Made by a program: the position numbers and the translations under genes. A DNA stretch of 64,000 nucleotides from contig CBDFHE010000018.1 in assembly GCA_965247455.1 (NCBI GenBank), positions 404,566-468,565 of the forward strand. Direction: 5' to 3'. This document shows positions 59,126-64,000 of the stretch, piece after piece (position 1 is the first letter of the stretch; each line of letters starts with the position of its first letter). Source of the stretch: Candidatus Acidiferrales bacterium (lineage in GTDB: Bacteria > Acidobacteriota > Terriglobia > Acidiferrales > 2-02-FULL-67-57). The notes beneath the pieces were generated by a model, which was not told the DNA's origin, ran no database searches, and was given only the letters and a program-made list of their open reading frames with translations.

Positions 59126-60106
59126 TTACTCTGCAGCCAAACGAACTAGTTCATGATAGAGCGCTTCGTCAATTGAGACAAAACCGGCGCGCCGGTACTC
59201 TCGAGCTTTCTTGTCGCCGCGTTCACCGGGGAGATAGATCTCATCGACTCCTCTTTGCTTCTCTGCGGACTTGATCCATTTGGCAAATCGAGAGATTCTC
59301 TGCAAGAAGGTCTCTTGCTTGCCAAATATCGCCGGATCGAGCACGATCAGAAAGTGTCCCCAATTATTTTTGTCACCGGGATTCTCGAAGGCGCCCACCA
59401 ATAGACCGGCAACCAACTGAACCGCAACACCCAAGCCCCAGCCGAACACACCTTTGGGCAGGATGGTGCCTTCTAAAGCCTCCTTTGCGTCGGTCGTGGG
59501 TTCGCCCTGGCTATTAAGAGCCACACCGAGCGGAATCGTCTTGTTCTGCCTTGCGGCCTCAACGAGCGCGTAATAGGCCCACTGGGCAGTGGTGGCATCA
59601 AAGACAAGTGGATCGCTTTCGGATGGAAAGGCGATCGAGATAGGATTTGTGCCGATCCGGGCTTCTTTGCCACCATACGGTGCCACCATTGCCGGGGTCG
59701 CGGCAGTTAGCAAAGCAATCAGTCGGTGCTCGCGCGCGATCTTGCCTGTAAAGTAGCCGATCGCACCGCTAGAGGAGTTGGTGTGGTTTATGCCGACCAT
59801 GCCGACGCCATATGTCTTTGCTTTCTTTACGGCGAACTCAGATGCTTTGGCAAGCACAACCTTTGCATTATTGTAGTTCGCGTTGAGCAGGCACGCGGTC
59901 TCGGTTTCAGAAACAACTTCAATCGATCCTTTTGGTGCATAGGCGATGTCTTTGAGCGTCTGAAGATCTTGATTGTTATCTCGAAGCTCTGCATACATCA
60001 GGCATTCCCGGATGATGCTAGCTTCCTCACTGGGAAAGCCTTGAGATCGCAGGATGGATGATGCCAGGTTCCTGAGTTCGTCGATTTTCACTTGCAAGCT
60101 GGCCAT
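59126..60106 (-). CDS. Ldh2-family (malate/L-lactate/imino-acid) NAD(P)H-dependent oxidoreductase
   Basis: 326 aa. Family segments GMVGINHTNSSSGAIGYF, GTNPISIAFP and HFLIVLDP. Confidence 0.8.
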   Translation of the reverse strand: MASLQVKIDELRNLASSILRSQGFPSEEASIIRECLMYAELRDNNQDLQTLKDIAYAPKGSIEVVSETETACLLNANYNNAKVVLAKASEFAVKKAKTYGVGMVGINHTNSSSGAIGYFTGKIAREHRLIALLTAATPAMVAPYGGKEARIGTNPISIAFPSESDPLVFDATTAQWAYYALVEAARQNKTIPLGVALNSQGEPTTDAKEALEGTILPKGVFGWGLGVAVQLVAGLLVGAFENPGDKNNWGHFLIVLDPAIFGKQETFLQRISRFAKWIKSAEKQRGVDEIYLPGERGDKKAREYRRAGFVSIDEALYHELVRLAAE

Positions 60107-60180
60107 GATCTAGGCTCCGTTCACTTCGATGAAATTTGGCTCAGTGACTGCCCGCTGCTTTCTGTTCCGACAAACATCGC

Positions 60181-61488
60181 CTAATAAGAGAAATTTCTAA
60201 CGGATGATGAACAGAATCTATCCAGACTCAAACAGGACAAGTTAATTGATGAAGTACCCCCACAGACCAACTGTGCTATGAGCTGGCCCGTTACCGGAGC
60301 CAAGGACATTCCGAGCATTCCGTGTCCAGTTGCAAGTAAGAGGTTTTCGAATTCCCTCGGCCGGCCCACAACTGGCAATCCGTCGGGCGTTAGGGGGCGC
60401 AGTCCTGACCAAACCTCATGAACGCGAAGACCCTTAAAATGCGCTAGGTACCTGCCAGCAGCGCGCAAGATTACATTCACCCGACGCTGGGAAATAGACA
60501 AGTCCACGCCAGCCAGTTCCAGTATCCCTGTTATCCTAAGCTTGCCATTCATGGGAGAGGCAAGCGTCTTTGCCTCTCTAAATGAGAGAGGAATTTGTGG
60601 GGATTCCGCTTGTCCTTCCACGGTTACGCTGTAGCCTTTGCCGGCCTGAATTGGGAGGTTGAGTGCAAGTTTTCTAGTTAGAGCAGGAGACCATGCTCCC
60701 GCAGCCAACACCACTTCATCGGGTTGGAAATTACCCTTGTTCGTTTTGACCCTTGAGATTCGTCTACCATGGATCTCCAGCTCCTCTATCTCCGTTGACG
60801 TCTTGACCTTCACACCCAGTCCCTCGACGACCCCAGCCAGGCCGCGAACAAACTCGGCCGGCAACAATTGGGCATCCTCAGGGAAGAGGATCCCTCCACA
60901 TAGTGAAGGTAATAGAGTTGGTTCTAGTTTGTGCACCTCCGCTGGATCCAATCCCTTTGAGTCGATTCCGTACTCTTTCAGCAGGTCGGCTTCTTTTTTC
61001 ATCTCTTCAAGTCCGTGCCGACTCCTTGCCACGACCAGCAAACCGTTGCGCTGGTAGCCGAATTCAAACCCGTCAATGGCACTCAATTGCTCATACAGCG
61101 AGAGGCTGGCGCGAATCAAATCGCGCAGTACCGGTATGGCCTTTCGGACAATTGCCTCCTTGGACGAGCGTTGAAACCACCACAACCATCTGATGAGTTC
61201 GGAATCGAAGCGAGGCCTGATATAGAAAGGGCTATCCTTGCCCAACATGTATCTTATCGCTTCTGCTATTACTCCTGGTGCAGCAAGGGGAATACTGTAA
61301 CTGGGAACCACCAGTCCGGCATTCCCATAGGAACAGCCTGAAGAGATTTCACTCTTCTCAACAAGCGTGACATCCCTACCTGCCATGGCAAGGTAGTAGG
61401 CGCAGCATACCCCAATCACGCCTCCACCGATTACGAGTACGTCTGTACGATTCAAGCTGCTATGCATCTCCCCTGTGAAGCCATTCAC
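60181..61488 (-). CDS. FAD-dependent oxidoreductase (DAO family, D-amino-acid dehydrogenase-like)
   Basis: N-terminal dinucleotide fold DVLVIGGGVIGVCCAYYLAMAGRDVTLVEK. DadA-like length and C-terminal GHGMLGMSLAP. Confidence 0.85.
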   Translation of the reverse strand: MNGFTGEMHSSLNRTDVLVIGGGVIGVCCAYYLAMAGRDVTLVEKSEISSGCSYGNAGLVVPSYSIPLAAPGVIAEAIRYMLGKDSPFYIRPRFDSELIRWLWWFQRSSKEAIVRKAIPVLRDLIRASLSLYEQLSAIDGFEFGYQRNGLLVVARSRHGLEEMKKEADLLKEYGIDSKGLDPAEVHKLEPTLLPSLCGGILFPEDAQLLPAEFVRGLAGVVEGLGVKVKTSTEIEELEIHGRRISRVKTNKGNFQPDEVVLAAGAWSPALTRKLALNLPIQAGKGYSVTVEGQAESPQIPLSFREAKTLASPMNGKLRITGILELAGVDLSISQRRVNVILRAAGRYLAHFKGLRVHEVWSGLRPLTPDGLPVVGRPREFENLLLATGHGMLGMSLAPVTGQLIAQLVCGGTSSINLSCLSLDRFCSSSVRNFSY

Positions 61489-62405
61489 CGTTCATTCCGA
61501 AGTGCCCAGGGCTTGAGCAATGCGTACACTGTCTGGGTCATTGGAACCTTCAGGCCATGGCGTGTTGCGCGGCGTAGGACCGTTCCATGCAAGGTCTCCA
61601 ACTCCATCCGCTTGCCCTGACTCTTGTCATATTGCAGCGACGACAGAAAAGTTGGATCCAAGTTCTGCGCAAAGGTGGAAAGTTTCTCAACCGTGTCTTT
61701 CGGCAGAGCAACACCTTCCGCGACGGCTAGCCTGCACACTTCAGCGACGAGATCTTGGAACAATTCCCACGTCTCAGGAACGGAGCGGAGTTCGCCAATG
61801 GGAAGGTCCGCGGCAGCCGTTATGCCTGACTGCGCACAAATGAGAGCAAACTTGCTCCACAGCACCACGCGAATGTTCTCGGATAACTCGGTCTCAATAC
61901 CGGCACGCTGAAGATGGCCCAGAAGCCGTTTCGCCCGCGCGCTCTGGGATCCATCCAATTCACCAAAAATTACTCTGGCAAGTTTCCCGACATGCCGTAC
62001 CACTCCAGGCTCAGAAATCGTGGAAAAGATAAAGGCTGCTCCACCGAGAACGCATGAACCGTGGATTATCTCCGCAAGTATGTCTTCGTTGTCCACACCG
62101 TTCTGCAATGACACAACCACCGTTTCTTGGTGAAGTAAGGCCGGCAAACGGGCTGCGGCCTTCTCTGTATCGTTGGATTTGACGCAGAACAGAACGAGAT
62201 CACAAGGTCCAATCTCTCGCGGGTCCTCGGTTGCCGGGAGTCGTACATCAAGGTCCCCAAGGACGCTTTGGATCTTTAGCCCTCTGGTTTGCAGAGCTTC
62301 AAGGTGCCGGCCTCGTGCAATGAGATGTACAGAGAACCCTGCTTGGGCAAGCCGTCCTCCAAAGTAACCGCCGACACCGCCCGCCCCGTAGACAGCAATC
62401 TTCAC
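61485..62405 (-). CDS. 2-dehydropantoate 2-reductase family (ApbA/PanE-like) oxidoreductase
   Basis: MKIAVYGAGGVGGYFGGRLA Rossmann start. The family's central Lys region (LWSKFALI) and C-terminal S..D...GK..E (SSLQYDKSQGKRMELE). 4-nt overlap with the downstream gene. Confidence 0.8.
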   Translation of the reverse strand: MKIAVYGAGGVGGYFGGRLAQAGFSVHLIARGRHLEALQTRGLKIQSVLGDLDVRLPATEDPREIGPCDLVLFCVKSNDTEKAAARLPALLHQETVVVSLQNGVDNEDILAEIIHGSCVLGGAAFIFSTISEPGVVRHVGKLARVIFGELDGSQSARAKRLLGHLQRAGIETELSENIRVVLWSKFALICAQSGITAAADLPIGELRSVPETWELFQDLVAEVCRLAVAEGVALPKDTVEKLSTFAQNLDPTFLSSLQYDKSQGKRMELETLHGTVLRRATRHGLKVPMTQTVYALLKPWALRNER

Positions 62406-62415
62406 AGCAACTTCC

Positions 62416-63342
62416 CTATTGGTCTCGCAAGCCGACCGGATGCCATTTCTGGCCTGCGCGAACAGCTATGGGAAGGTGGTTTTGCCGTCTCGGGGAAGGA
62501 CAGTTGAAAACCGGACTGTAGCAGCAGGGTGGATTGTAAGCTTGATTGAAGTCCACGATGATCCGGCCACTCATTTTTCCTTCCACACGAAGAAACCGGC
62601 CTCCGAGATAGCTCTCCTGCCCACCGGTGCCATCGGTGAACATCAACATGAATCCATCCTGACTAATCTTATTCTGGTCAATGGAACGGGTATAGAGCTC
62701 CAATTGACACTGTACACCCTTCAAGGAGAAGACCAGCCGACCGTATACCCACCAGGGGAGTTCGTCTTGGTGGCTGTAGACTAGACCGATACGCCTTGGT
62801 TTCTCGTGTGGGATTATTTCTGCTTCAACGTAGTAGTCGGGATCGACGGGAAAACAGTCCAGGCCCTTGAAGTCCATTAGGCTGGGATGTTTGGTGTCAT
62901 ACACCTCAATCATTCGTCCCCAGGTCGAGTGTGAGATGTAGCGTAGATTGAATTGCCCGATGCGGAACCCCGTGGTGTCCAGCAGATTGAGCACGGTCAC
63001 ATTGACTGTGGGCTTTCCAAGCCTAGCCACAACAGCCTTCTCTACCGCCCTCAGGGCTTGATCGGTCTTGGTGACTTCAATGCCCGCATGAGCAGGCAGA
63101 ATTTCTGCTCCCTCAAGCCGTATATCTGATTCAGGGCTCGATCCAATTGTTATTTTACTGTTTTCCTTCAGGTATTCACGGTGTATAAGCGCCAGTTCGG
63201 AAAACGGATCTGTACGGAGCGTCGCATCGCGTGTCCTGCGCAACTCTTCGATTCGGCTAACATAAACCTTCTCAAACTGTTGTTGGGTGTCCAACCGTTC
63301 CTCGTTAAATTCCAGCGTCTGGTACAAACTTTCCTTTTTCAA
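62416..63342 (-). CDS. DUF1684 domain protein
   Basis: C-terminal hallmark DFNQAYNPPCCYSPVFNCPSPRRQNHLPIAVRAGQK. Confidence 0.8.
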   Translation of the reverse strand: MKKESLYQTLEFNEERLDTQQQFEKVYVSRIEELRRTRDATLRTDPFSELALIHREYLKENSKITIGSSPESDIRLEGAEILPAHAGIEVTKTDQALRAVEKAVVARLGKPTVNVTVLNLLDTTGFRIGQFNLRYISHSTWGRMIEVYDTKHPSLMDFKGLDCFPVDPDYYVEAEIIPHEKPRRIGLVYSHQDELPWWVYGRLVFSLKGVQCQLELYTRSIDQNKISQDGFMLMFTDGTGGQESYLGGRFLRVEGKMSGRIIVDFNQAYNPPCCYSPVFNCPSPRRQNHLPIAVRAGQKWHPVGLRDQ

Positions 63343-64000
63343 TCAACAACTTGTCATCTACGTAGAAATTGTGGTCAAAGAGAATAATATCGGTGTGACT
63401 CGGCGCCTTGCTGTCCCCCGCCAAGAACCGAAACATGTTCGAACCAAAAGCAATGTTGATGGCTGCCTTCTTGCTTTCGGGGCCACCCGGATCGGCAGCA
63501 CTGAACGAGCGAATGCGCTCGTCCAATCCGAATCCTGTATGTGCGATGACGTATGCCCCTGGATGATTCCACTCCTTGAGCCACGAGGAAAAATATTCTG
63601 CCTGAGCCGTATTGCCTTCAATCTTGGTCAGCTTTCCACCTTTGACTTCCAGCCTGAACGGCTCATCAACGATCATGAGTTCGGGATGGACGTGGACTGT
63701 CCCCTTGACCACGACCACCCCGTCGGCCTGATCTTCAGGAGAGGCAAAGGCGGCCAAGCTGATTCCGTAGCTGTCCCAGGAACCGGAAGTCGACACACTC
63801 CCCCCTTGGGTGTGGATGGGACGATCTCCGCGTTTCAGCACGATGTCTGTCCCCTCCTCGGAGGTGATCCGTACGGACTTGCAGTTATCCAACCACTTGT
63901 GCGCCACTTTCTCCCGCCTGAGGATTTCCGTTGTCGGGGGCCTATCCACGACAGCTTCCGGCGAGCGAGACACCATGACCTGAAGCATCCGGGTGCCTGA
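63305..64000 (-). CDS. M29-aminopeptidase-fold / NicX-like (2,5-dihydroxypyridine dioxygenase-like) protein, 5' end probably outside window
   Basis: The segments HTGFGLDERI.. and INIAFGSNMF....KAPSHTDIILFDHNFYVDDKLLIEKGKFV parallel, from memory, the NicX/aminopeptidase T C-terminal metal-site region (H.G.GL ... H.D......Y.D....). Confidence 0.65.
   Translation of the reverse strand, partial: SGTRMLQVMVSRSPEAVVDRPPTTEILRREKVAHKWLDNCKSVRITSEEGTDIVLKRGDRPIHTQGGSVSTSGSWDSYGISLAAFASPEDQADGVVVVKGTVHVHPELMIVDEPFRLEVKGGKLTKIEGNTAQAEYFSSWLKEWNHPGAYVIAHTGFGLDERIRSFSAADPGGPESKKAAINIAFGSNMFRFLAGDSKAPSHTDIILFDHNFYVDDKLLIEKGKFVPDAGI

Overview
High-GC bacterial chromosomal segment. Lines I counted by hand gave about 65-77% GC in the bulk and about 50-55% in a few patches. 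The gene content and the dense, very GC-rich intergenic hairpin repeats suggest an Acidobacteriota-like genome; this is inference, not a search result. About 60 genes are supported. Housekeeping genes: xseB, ispA-like, tlyA, nadK, a DAACS symporter, deoC, rpiB, hpt, tRNA-Lys, pckA, lpxD, lpxA, an lpxL-like acyltransferase, nrdR and aroA. Accessory content: a penicillin-acylase-family gene, a cI/LexA-like repressor islet, an IS1380-like element, a ~150-bp MITE with 8-bp target-site duplications, several short hairpin repeat families, gene remnants and a disrupted Ser/Thr kinase-TPR gene. The parts most worth follow-up: (1) a translationally coupled six-gene ECF sigma/anti-sigma operon encoding four paralogous 'WP-hairpin' membrane proteins and a DUF4097 beta-helix protein, followed by a PilZ/coiled-coil giant; (2) a membrane-anchored pentaheme cytochrome c-TPR fusion coupled to two FG-GAP/ASPIC (CRTAC1-like) proteins; (3) a lower-GC five-gene island suggesting D-amino-acid or N-heterocycle catabolism; (4) deoC and rpiB with N-terminal extensions, one resembling a microcompartment encapsulation peptide; (5) the mobile hairpin/MITE landscape. 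No CRISPR array and no rRNA were seen. All family calls come from motif recognition by eye, with no database searches, and start codons are approximate where noted.
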